Assembly: GCA_951406725.2 (NCBI GenBank)
Contig: OX597821.1
Span: forward strand, 58,218,001-58,282,000
Length of the DNA stretch: 64,000 nucleotides
Source of the DNA: Octopus vulgaris
Taxonomy: Eukaryota
Reading direction: 5' to 3'
How positions within the stretch are numbered: the first letter of the stretch is position 1; every line of letters starts with the position of its first letter. Position numbers and translations under genes: made by a program. The notes below the pieces were generated by a model. It was not told the DNA's origin, ran no database searches, and was given only the letters and a program-made list of their open reading frames with translations. This document shows positions 12,613-23,659 of the stretch, one piece after another.

Positions 12613-12817
12613 TATATATATACATATATATGCATACACACAGACACACAGACATACATGCACATATACACAAACAATAAATTTCTCTGCCTATGCATCT
12701 ATTATTTATGTGCGTGTGTATTACATCATAAGCAGATAGATATATACATAAATATAGCGTGGAGTTATACATATATACATATGCATGTTTGTGTATATGT
12801 GTGTATGTGTGTGTATG

Positions 12818-12863
<46 letters not shown>

Positions 12864-13220
12864 CAGATATATATATATACATATATATACATATATATGT
12901 GTGTGTGTATACATATATTTGTGTGTATATATACACACCGACACACACACACACATGCACAAGCATTAATAAATTTGTCTATGCTTCTATGTACGTATGT
13001 ATGTTTGAATGTATGTATAATTACGGTAATACTTATATTTCATTATGTATTTGTTTGTTTGTATGTATATATCCGTGTGTGTCTGTGTATGTATTTATAC
13101 GTATCTATCATAAATCTAAACTTTATAAATGTATGTATGTATGTGCATATAATAGTGTGTGTGTGCTTGTATGTGCGCATGTATACGCATACAAGCACAC
13201 ACGTCTGCGTGTACGAATGT
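12500..13220. repeat. Degenerate compound (TA)/(TG)/(CA) microsatellite
   Basis: Direct inspection. Confidence 0.9.
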
Positions 13221-14237
13221 ATACAGACGTTCACTTCCAAAGCATCCGGTATAACATTTTCCCCAAAACCAGACGAGATATATGGAAGACAGAAGTTTCT
13301 TTAAACCACTTGAGGTAATGTCTAGCGGGAATTGTTTGTCTGATATACTGGTCTGAATTAAAAGAACGAAATATTATGACATTAATTGTGGACACGGGAG
13401 TGAGCAATGTGTTTTGTTAACATTTCTCTTTCAAATACTGCAAAGTAGGAAATGATTGCCTTTTCGATAATCATTGGAGCGCAAATTTTATTATTTATCC
13501 TTCTTGTTCAGTTCGTGTACTACACTTTATTTTATTTTCTCTCTGCGTCTTTGTCCATCTTCTTTTGTTTCTTGCAGTGCGCCATCATTTTCTTTTGTTT
13601 TCGTTGCATTGTTTATCATGTTGTTTGAGATCTAGAGCAGCCGTTGGATAAACTTTACAGTCTTGATGTGTTTAGATGCGGTTGTGCATGTTTTATAATC
13701 AAATAGTAGCGTAACTGGGAGGAGGCGAGGAGCAGTCCATCTCAGGTGACTCTTTTATGAAGGCAGTAGTTTTGGGTTAGCTTGTGCAAGCTTGTGGAGC
13801 CAAGTGATTGGGCGGCAAGCTCAATGGTTATCCCGGCGGCGCTCACTCTAGCTATGCCACTGGATGCTTGTTTTTTCCTCTCCTTTCAGAGTTCGATAAA
13901 ATAAGACAAACAGACCTGGAGAAGAGGAAGAGCCTTTCATTGGTGAATTCGGGAATGACGACGAAAGGACTTTCATAAACCTGATTGTTTATTCAACCGA
14001 ACGATTAATCAAACAATTGATTAGTTAATTGGTTAACTAGTCAATCACTTGGCGAATACAAAATAAAGAAGTGAAATAGAACCAATATTGGAGTAATGAC
14101 CCTACCGAGACACAACAATGAAGTTAAATCCAGGGATCGATCGATATTGTAAGAAACATTGAAGTACTACTCAGGATCATAAAAGCAAGAACCTGTCAAA
14201 TATTAAGGCTATCGTTGTTCTTCATGTTCTTGTTCTT

Positions 14238-14382
14238 GTGAAGATGCATGGTTTAGTAGTTAAGATACTCGGTTCACGATCGTATGGTCGTGAGTTCGAT
14301 TCCAAACGACACATTGTGTCCTTGAGCAAGGTACTTCATTTCACATTGGTCCAGGTCACTCAACTGGCAAAAATTAATAGTG
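14238..14382 (+). mobile_element. SINE family C head
   Basis: tggtttagtagttaag (A box), gagttcgattcc (B box), ttgtgtccttgagcaagg. Confidence 0.75.
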
Positions 14383-14384
14383 CC

Positions 14385-15057
14385 AAAATTTTGATGAGGA
14401 TTTTTAAAAACTTTTCAAAAATATTGATGAAAATTTTCAAAAAATTTTCAAAACCTTTTAATGAAAATTCTCAAAAACCATTTCAAAAATTTTAATGAAA
14501 ATTTCAAAAAGTTTTCAAAATTTTGATGAAAATTTTCAAAAATTTTGAATCTTGAAAATTTTCAGAAAATTTTCAAAAATTTCAAAAATTTTGATGATGG
14601 AATTTTTAAAAAGCTTTTCAAAAATTTTGATGAAAATTTTCAAAAATTTTCAAAAATTTTGATGAAAATTTTCAAAAATCTTGACGAAAATTTTCAAAAA
14701 GCTTTCCAAAATTTTGATGAAAAGTTTCAAAAAACTTTTCAAAAATTTTGATGAAAATTTTCAAAACATTTTCAAAAATTTTTTAATTTTGATGGAATTT
14801 TTCAAAAAACTTTTCAAAAATTTTGATGAAAATTTTCAAAAAAAATTTTTTAATTTTGATGGAATTTTTCAAAAAACTTTTCAAAAGTTTTGATGAAAAT
14901 TTTCAGGAATATTTTCAAAAATTTTGATGAAAATTTTCAAAAAACTTTTCAAAAATTTTGATGAAAATTTTCAAAAAAATTTTCAAAAATTTTGATAAAA
15001 GTTTTCAAAATACTTTCCAAAATTTTGATGGAAATTTTCAAAAAACTTTTCAAAAAT
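14385..15057. repeat. A/T-tract satellite built from ~11-bp blocks (ttttcaaaaa, ttttgatgaaaa), ~21-33-bp higher-order units
   Basis: Many iterations of aaaattttgatgaaaattttcaaaaa(aacttttc). Confidence 0.95.
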
Positions 15058-15699
15058 CAACGGAGGACCAGTTGTTCTTATTTAGCCACAGATCGTAGGT
15101 CTTAATCGAGCAGACCTACATGCAAGAGTATTTCAGCTGTGTCCATCAATCAGAATGTTGTGTTTTATGGTTTGGGTCGTTGTTGTTTTGTTGGGAGGTT
15201 TTTTGCCTCTATGGCCCGGCATACACCAGTAATTGACATATTTTAATGTTGTTCATTTTTCTTCATTGTCATTTCATAAACTGATATTTGCGCCCAGGTT
15301 TGCGTCTTAATTTTTTTTTTTTTTTTACCTGTAACTAGCATTTCGAAAATATTTTCTTGCGGTATACTTTGGTTAATGTAAGGTGACAATACCCCATATA
15401 TTCTTATTAATGAGGTTGTTATTTTCCTAACCCTTTTCATATTTCATAAACCGAACAAACCTGCAGGAGACCTGGGGATAGACCAAGAACTAGATGGTTG
15501 CATAACATCCATAGTCCCTGTTGGTCACGCTGGAGAACCCAGCAGAATAGTTTAATGGTGCTTGCTTCCGATAGAACCTTGTAAGGGAGAAGACTCTACC
15601 CTAACGACCCTCGCAGGAATAGTGATCGGAGAAAAGGGATGGGTATTTGTATTAACAGACCATTGACAGTAAAGAAAATTTTTAACTGCTAAAGCTTTC

Positions 15700-15860
15700 T
15701 TTTTTATTCTCTCTCTATTTATTTTCTGGTGTTCCTTTCTGTTGAAGAGCGTAGGCTCGAAACGTAAAAGACTTTCTCACCTTCCCGAGCGTTAAACTAA
15801 TACACCGGTTTGTTGTTTACACACCTGTCTTCGTCTTTTGTTTTTTGTAAATTCCAACTA

Positions 15861-15865
<5 letters not shown>
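15700..15865 (+). mobile_element. PLE pseudo-LTR fragment with variant hammerhead
   Basis: cttt-CTGTTGA-a-gagc gtag gctc-GAAA-cGTA-aaag at 15735-15770; the same family occurs inverted at 35545-35745; abuts (TA)n. Confidence 0.6.
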
Positions 15866-15914
<49 letters not shown>

Positions 15915-15918
<4 letters not shown>

Positions 15919-17047
15919 AACTTACTGTGGTCAAGGCTTCGTGGCGTTCGATTATAAATAAATAAAATGTAAAAATACACATTGTGTACAGGACATCACC
16001 AACAAGTGAAAAATACGTAAACACACGAGAGATAAGTACAGAACAAAATACCCAAAAAAAGATAACTTCTCATCAGTTGTCTGTTTGTTCATTTCGTGTT
16101 TTTAACGACATTATAATTTTAAAAATATAAAGTTCATGGAGAGTTAGAGCTTCGATCGAACAAACAACGTCAGAGCGCACGTACACAGTAAACAATTTAT
16201 GAAGATAAACATTAATGGCCGTTAATGGCGACAGAGTGGACGTATGAAGTAGACAATCAACGAAGACAAACATTAAGGACCGTCAAACCAAGGCGAATTG
16301 TAATGGGTAACGCCTGGGAGAAATTTTTTTCAAGCAAACAGAATCATTAGAAGAGAAAGAAATAGTTGAAGAAAAATGTCGGGAGCCGAGAAAAATGACA
16401 TCCAGCCCGGTGAACGTCTTAGTCCAGAAAACACAGGGGCAAGAGAAATGGCCTATAGTCACGTGTGAGTAACAGAGGTAGAGGGGAAAGGGACAAGAGA
16501 GAGGATGAGGGAAAGAAACAAAAGGAGTGAGGACAAGGGAGAAGGAACGACAGATTGTAGGGAGTGGAAGAAAGACAGACAGGGGAAGCAAAGAAGGTTA
16601 TAGTGGTGTAGAGAGAAAGAAAACTGTGTAGTCACAGAAATTATAAATAGATGTAAGAACTTACTCTGGTCAAGGCTGCATGGCGTTCGATCATAAATAA
16701 ATCAAATAAAAAATACACATTGTGTACAGAACATCACCAACGAGTTGGTCTAACGGCCATTAATGTTTGTCTTCATAAATTGTTTACTGTGTACGTGCGC
16801 TCTGACGTTGTTTGTTCGATCGAAGTTCTAACTCTCCATGAATTTTAGAATTTTAAAATTTCTGGATGCTGCTGTCTTATGAAGTTCCCGACATTATCGT
16901 TAAAAGCACGAAATAGGAATAATAAACAATCCGACAACTGATTAGGAGTTATATTCTTTTGATATTTTGTCCTGTACTTTTCTTTCGTGCGCTTACGTAT
17001 TTTTCACTCGTTAGTGATGTCCTGTACACAATGTGTATTTTTTATTA
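15915..17047. mobile_element. Repeat with direct plus inverted duplication, probably PLE pseudo-LTR derived
   Basis: 15916-16005 recurs at 16656-16745; 16747-17045 is the diverged reverse complement of ~15970-16225; flanked by TA runs. Confidence 0.55.
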
Positions 17048-17054
17048 TATATAT

Positions 17055-17392
17055 ATGAAGGTGTATAGCTCAGTGGTTAGAGCGTCGAGCTTACGATCGT
17101 AAGGTTGTGAGTCCGAATCCAGGATCGGGCTGCGTGTTGTGTTCTTGAGCAAGACACTTTATTTCATGTTACTCCAGTTCACTCAGCTGTAGAAATGAGT
17201 TGTGACGTCACAGGTGCCAAGCTGTATCGGCTGTTGCCTTTCCTTTGGATAACACTGGAGGCGTGGAGAGGGGAGGCCGGTATGCATGGGACACTGCTAG
17301 TCTTCCATAAACAACCTTGCCCGGACTTGTGCCTGGGAGGGTAACTTTGTAGGTGCAATTCCACGGCCAGTCATGACCGAAGGGATTCTCAG
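17055..17392 (+). mobile_element. SINE family C (tail type 1), full length
   Basis: tRNA-like head tagctcagtggttagagc...gagtccgaatcc; highly similar to 38212-38557. Confidence 0.9.
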
Positions 17393-17446
<54 letters not shown>

Positions 17447-17800
17447 TGGCACTCTGTCGGTTACGACGACGAGGGTTCCAGTTGATCTGATCAACGGAAC
17501 AGCCCGCTCGTGAAATTAACGCGCAAGTGGCTGAGCACTCCACAGATACGTGTACCCTTAAAGTAGTTCTCGGGGAGATTCAGCGTGACACAGTGTGTGA
17601 CAAGGCTGGCCCTTTGAAACACAGGTACAAAAGAAACAGAAACAGGAAGGAAGAAAGAGTGAGAGAAAATAGTGGGGAAAAAGTACAGAAGGGTTCGCAA
17701 CCGGAGCCCCGTGGAACTTTAGGTGTTTTCATTCAATAAAGACTCACAACATCCTACGACTACGAGTCCGCTGCCTAACCACTAACCCACTGCACCTCCA
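17447..17800 (-). mobile_element. SINE with second head type and tail type 2
   Basis: Similar to 48548-48875; tail shared with 21763-22080. Confidence 0.8.
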
Positions 17801-17830
17801 CATATAAATATATATATATATATATATATA

Positions 17831-18080
17831 AGAAGAAATGAGGTGCTCAGAAATCTGAGAAATTTATTAGTATGCAACGTTTTTATAAATCATATATCAT
17901 ATAACACCGCTTTCGTCCATTCTAGTAGAGTCTTCAAATTGAATTAACTTCAATTTGAAGACTCTACTAGAATGGACGAAAGCGCTTATATATGATATAT
18001 GATTTATAAAAACATGTAACATACTAATAAATATCTGTAAATATAAAACCATCCAGATTTCTGAGTACCTCATTTCTTCT
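17831..18080. repeat. Fold-back (palindromic) element between (TA)n tracts
   Basis: Arms 17831-17943 and 17949-18080 with a 5-nt spacer; near-perfect core cgctttcgtccattctagtagagtcttcaaattgaa and its complement. Confidence 0.9.
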
Positions 18081-18117
18081 AATATATAATGCCTGTACAT
18101 CATCTCCCAACCTTCTA

Positions 18118-18168
<51 letters not shown>

Positions 18169-19072
18169 ATGGGCTTCTTTCAGTTTCCGTCTACTAAATC
18201 CACTCACAAGGCTTTGTTCGGCCCGAAGCTATACTAGAAGACACTTGCCCAACGTGCCACGGAATAGGACTGAACCCGGGTCCATGATGTGGTTAGAAAA
18301 CAAGCTTCTTACCACCCAGGCACGAGCACTTAATTTCATAAGCGAATATTTGCAAGTGGATGTATTTACATTTATATTTTCAAAATAAACATTTATCCAT
18401 ACATACATTAATGCATACATTCATGCATATATACACGCACCTGTGAGCACGTGTGTACATATGTATATATTTCTCTGTGCGTGTGTGTGGTTTAATATAT
18501 GTAAGGATAAATGTTTATTCTTAAGATGTAACTCAAAATGCATCCCGATGTAAATATCAGTTTATTTAATGGAGAAAGCGCACGGCATTAACAGTGCATT
18601 GCTAATGCACAAAGGTCCAAAAATATCCAACAGTTGTGTACCAGTAAAAACTAGATAAGAAAGCAATATGGAAGCTAATAATAAGTTATATCATATTATA
18701 TATTCATATATGTTTGTGTATATATCTATGTCTGTGTGTATTTATATAAACATAAATACATATGTATGCATACATGTAAGCATACAACTATATTTTTTCA
18801 TGTATGTGTGTGTGTGTGTGTACAATTTTTCTTTTATTTGTTTCAGTCATTGAACAGCGGCCAAGCAAGGGCACTAGCTTGAAGAAAATTAGTCAAATGA
18901 ATCTGCACTAGTACTATTTTTTAAAGCCCGGTACAGAGACTGGTTCTATCAGTCTCTGTAGCCGAACCAGTAAGTTACGGGGACGTAAACACACCAACAC
19001 CGATTGTCAAACGGTGGTGGGGGACAAACACACACACATACACATACATACATACATACATACATACATACA

Positions 19073-19106
<34 letters not shown>

Positions 19107-19116
19107 CATATATATA

Positions 19117-19981
19117 TCTTTATATATATAAAACTGAGAATGTGTGTCTGTCTGTCTGTCTGTCTGTTTCCCTAAAACTTGAGAACTACACAACCAATTT
19201 CATTCAAATTTTACACATGCCTTACTTAGGGTCCGGGGAGTGTCATCGGCAAAAATATTTTTAACTTTTTGCCTAGGGCGAGCCCACAGCAATATCATAT
19301 CTTCTCCACTACGATTCCCTAAAACTTGAGAACTACACAACCAATTTCATTCAAATTTTACACATGCCTTACTTAGAGTCCATGTAGTTTCATGGGCAAA
19401 AAGAAAATGTTCAACTTCTTGCCTAGAGCGAGCCCATATCAATATCATATCATCTCCACTATTTCAGTATTACGTGTTAAAAGTGAAATAAAAATATTTC
19501 TCTATGTTATGTCAGATGCTTTCACTTTAACAATAAAAATATTAATAACAATTGAATTATATGTAGTAAGTAATAATTAAAATCAAACTAAAGTATAATA
19601 TAATCGTAACATGCAAAAGTAAAAATAGCAATTGGTATAAAATTGCATCAATGATTTGAACTTGAATAAGTAGTTTCATATGAATGGGAATAAATCAAAA
19701 ATAAAATTAGCGTGCAGAAATGGTATAGTCCAGATGGATAATAAAAAAATTAAATTAAAGAAAAGACTATTGTCTATAAAGTATACAATGTAGAGAAAAA
19801 AGAAGAGCTAACAATTCCATTCTATTATATATTTTGAGTATTGTTATCACTAGCGACATCACGATATTATTTTGTATTTTGCATTTTATGTGTAGATGTA
19901 TATATATAGATGTACATGTAATATGTACACATATATACATGCACTAGCACTATGACCCGGCAACGACGGGTCTTAATGCTA

Positions 19982-19982
<1 letters not shown>
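19117..19982 (+). mobile_element. Non-autonomous Helitron, intact ends
   Basis: 5' TC (tctttatatatataaaa) then (CTGT)n; 3' hairpin gacccg-gcaacga-cgggtc (19954-19972) then CTAG; inserted between A and T with no TSD; internal ~145-bp duplication. Confidence 0.85.
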
Positions 19983-20025
<43 letters not shown>

Positions 20026-20137
20026 CCAGCGGAATGGCGTCATTCGAAGGCTAAAACAATGCGAACGCATTGTGACCAGCGATGTGTAACAACATCTGAT
20101 GGTTTGGTCGGTCACGTGATCACGGCCACGTGACGTG

Positions 20138-20195
<58 letters not shown>

Positions 20196-20587
20196 GTATG
20201 TATGTATGTATGTATGTATGTATATAACGGGCTTCTTTCAGTCTTCCGTCAAATCGTCGCTTTCGAGAATAACCACTTTCACACCGCAGACACATGCCAG
20301 CAAACAGGTTTGATAGCATTTCTGCCATGGACAATCGGATGACAACTTAAATAGTATTTTGTTTTAAATTTTTTTGACAATCTTTCGTGATTTTGTTTAA
20401 AGTTTTTGCCTGCATCACGCCACACATCAACACCCACTTAACCGCCCTACCTTCTCCCAAAATGAAGTATTAGCTTAAAATTAGATGAAAATAGCTTTGG
20501 GCATAACGGATAGCTGTGCTCTGTTAGAAATGGTGGACCCTTAATCATATAAACATGCCATGATACTCCTCCGATGTATAGCCGGTT

Positions 20588-21196
20588 TAAGGCGGCGAGC
20601 TGGCAGAAATGTTAGCACGCCGGGCGAAATGCTTAGCGGTATTTCGTCTGCCGTTACGTTCTGAGTTCAAATTCCGCCGAGGTCGACTTTGCCTTTCATC
20701 TTTTCGGGGTCGATTAAATAAGTACCAGTTACGCACTGGGATCGATATAATCGACTTAATCCGTTTGTCTGTCCTCTCTGTGTTTAGCCCCTTGTCGGTA
20801 GTAAAGAAATAGGTATTATTTCGTCTGCCGCTACGTTCTGAGTTCAAATTCCGCCGAGGTCGACTTTGCCTTTCATCCTTTCGGGGTCAATAAATTAAGT
20901 ACCAGTTATGCACTGGGGTCGATGTAATCGACTTAATCCGTTTCTCTGTCCTTGCATGTCCCCTCTATGTTTAGCCCCTTGTGGGCAATAAAGAAATAAG
21001 AAAAGTTGCCACGCCGGGCGAAATGCTTAGCGGTATTTCGCCTATCTTTACGTTCTGAGTTCAAATTCCTCCATGGTCAATTTTGCCTTCCATTCTTTTG
21101 GGGTCGATAAATTAAGTACCAGTTGCGTACTGGGGTCGTTCTAATCGACTAACCCCCTCCCCAAAAATTCCCCTTGTGCCTAGAGTAGAAAAGAAT
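20588..21196 (+). mobile_element. SINE family A trimer
   Basis: Full copy 20588-20812 followed by two 5'-truncated copies (from ~20812 and ~21005). Confidence 0.9.
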
Positions 21197-21762
21197 ATAT
21201 AGCCGGTCTTTCGTGAATGGTAACTTAGATTTTTAGATGATGAAACGAGCACTGAACCCTGTACGATACAGAACTTCAACAGTCTGCAGTTTAGCGACAT
21301 CAGGTTTTACTATTTGAGGGAAAATTCGAATTATCTCAAGGCAGTTTTTAGTCATTACTTTCTCTGTTCAGTATGAAATGTTTCAAATGGACAGAAGTTA
21401 AACTACTTACAATGTTCACGTAAACTAACGCAAATATGCACACACACACACACTAACACAAACACACAGATATATGTATATGTGTGTGTGTATGTGTATA
21501 CATATATGAATATACATATATATAAATGTGTATGTATATGTGTGCGTGCACGCGTGAGTGTGTGTGTATTGATTGTTCATGTTTTACTCCAAATTGGAGA
21601 CGAACGGCAATGTTACATGTGATAATTATTGAGAGACTTCCCTTAACGTGAAACCAATGGTAGCCCTAACCCATAAATAAAGAATTTTTATCCACCAATG
21701 CGGTGTTGAACACTAAATTCTCATTGTTCGATATTAACGTGTATGGCTTAGTTCAATATATA

Positions 21763-22079
21763 TGAAGGCGTATAACTCAGTGGTTAGAGCGTCGAGCTTA
21801 CGATCATGAGGTTGTGAGGACTGGGCTGCGAGTTGTGTCCTTGAGCAAGACACTTTATTTCACGTTGCTCCAGTTCACTCAGCTGGCAAAAATGAGTTGC
21901 ACCTGTATGTCAAATGGCCAACCTTGTCACACTCTGTGTCACACTGAATCTCTCTGAGAACTACGTTATGGGTACACGTGTCTGTGGAGTGCTCAGCCAC
22001 TTGCACGTTAATTTCACGAGCAAGCTGTTCCGTTGATCGCATCAGCTGGGACCCTCGTCGTCGTAACCGACGGAGTGGT

Positions 22080-22080
<1 letters not shown>
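21763..22080 (+). mobile_element. SINE family C (tail type 2)
   Basis: tRNA-like head, gttgtgtccttgagcaagacactt, tail ending ccctcgtcgtcgtaaccgacggagtg. Confidence 0.88.
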
Positions 22081-22149
<69 letters not shown>

Positions 22150-22268
22150 AATCAAGGAACGGCCATAATAGGCCATTCACCCACTAGAAATAACAGCCAA
22201 AAGCTTTAACCGCAAAATAACATTAATTCCGTAAACCAGGAGAAAATTAAAAAACATTTACCCTGTAA

Positions 22269-22373
22269 TTTCTTAGACGATGCACCGTTTCATCTACCGT
22301 TTAATGGTAAACTAACCTGATTAAATTAAATCAAGCCAATCCACCATAGGCCCTTAGACTCATCAGTAAGAAA
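22269..22373 (-). ncRNA. Type I hammerhead ribozyme, copy 1
   Basis: Reverse complement reads tttctta-CTGATGA-gtcta...tagat-GAAA-cggtgcatc-GTC-taagaaa. Confidence 0.88.
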
Positions 22374-22757
22374 TAGCCAAGTCGGAACAGATATTTTTCA
22401 CGAGGCATTCCTCTTGCTACCTCGGCAATATCTGACCTAAAATTTTCAAATCGTCGCACTCGCGCCAAATTTATCGGCAGCAAATAAATATAAGCCACCG
22501 ATTCCATTACGGAACTAACCAGAAAATTCATAATTAATCAATATAGGGTGGCAAAAAATTTTTTAGAATTCTTTTGCCACCAGCGGTTTAGTGGGAAAAA
22601 TTAAATAGTCATAAACCATTTTTAAGTTCAACATCACAATCAAGGAACGGCCATAATAGGCCATTCACCCAATTAGAAATAACAGCCAAAAGTTTTAACC
22701 GCAAAATAACATTAATTCCGTAAACCAGGAGAAAATTAAAAAACATTTACCCTGTAA

Positions 22758-22862
22758 TTTCTTAGACGATGCACCGTTTCATCTACCGTTTAATGGTAAA
22801 CTAACCTGATTAAATTAAATCAAGCCAATCCACCATAGCCTCTTAGACTCATCAGTAAGAAA
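22758..22862 (-). ncRNA. Type I hammerhead ribozyme, copy 2
   Basis: Same core and stems as copy 1; predicted cleavage site 489 nt from that of copy 1. Confidence 0.88.
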
Positions 22863-23088
22863 TAGCCAAGTCGGAACAGATATTTTCACGAGGCATTCTC
22901 TCTTTATTTCGGCAATATCTGACCTAAAATTTTCAAATCGTCGCACTTGCGCCAAATTTATCGGCAGCAAATAAATATAAGCCACCGATAAATTTGGCGC
23001 GAGTGCGACGATTTGAAAATTTTAGGTCAGATATTGCCGAGGTAGCAAGAGGAATGCCTCGTGAAAAATATCTGTTCCGACTTGGCTA

Positions 23089-23193
23089 TTTCTTACTGAT
23101 GAGTCTAAGGGCCTATGGTGGATTGGCTTGATTTAATTTAATCAGGTTAGTTTACCATTAAACGGTAGATGAAACGGTGCATCGTCTAAGAAA
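23089..23193 (+). ncRNA. Type I hammerhead ribozyme, copy 3 (inverted arm)
   Basis: Stem I tttctta (23089-23095)/taagaaa (23187-23193); CTGATGA 23096-23102; stem II gtcta/tagat; GAAA 23171-23174; GTC triplet 23184-23186. Confidence 0.9.
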
Positions 23194-23420
23194 TTACAGG
23201 GTAAATGTTTTTTAATTTTCTCCTGGTTTACGGAATTAATGTTATTTTGCGGTTAAAGCTTTTGGCTGTTATTTCTAGTGGGTGAATGGCCTATTATGGC
23301 CGTTCCTTGATTGTGATGTTGAACTTAAAAATGGTTTATGACTATTTAATTTTTTCCCACTAGGCCGCTGGTGGCAAAAGAATTCTAAAAAATTTTTTTT
23401 GCCACCCTATATTGATTAAT

Positions 23421-23491
<71 letters not shown>

Positions 23492-23559
23492 GTTATATTT
23501 ACATACAAACATACATACATACACACACACACATACACACACACAAACACACACACACA

Positions 23560-23596
<37 letters not shown>

Positions 23597-23599
23597 CCA

Positions 23600-23636
<37 letters not shown>

Positions 23637-23659
23637 GCAACCCTGGAAACGTTGCGCAT

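Larger units (their letters stand above)
22145..23422. mobile_element. Non-coding hammerhead-containing tandem/inverted repeat (retrozyme-like or non-autonomous PLE)
   Basis: ~488-489-bp unit (starts 22146 and 22634) followed by an inverted copy 22985-23422; three hammerheads; flanked by (TA)n. Confidence 0.85.

Noticed and set aside
13704-13862. Possible hAT-type MITE (tagtagcgtaact / agctatgccactg)
   Set aside because: The TIRs are degenerate and there is no target-site duplication.
14238-14893. KNF/LRR-like repetitive ORFs
   Set aside because: They are open in several frames only because of the satellite; no splice or coding signal.
17055-17130. tRNA-like sequences (also 21763, 38212, 61240)
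   Set aside because: They are SINE heads continuing into SINE bodies; no complete cloverleaf or terminator.
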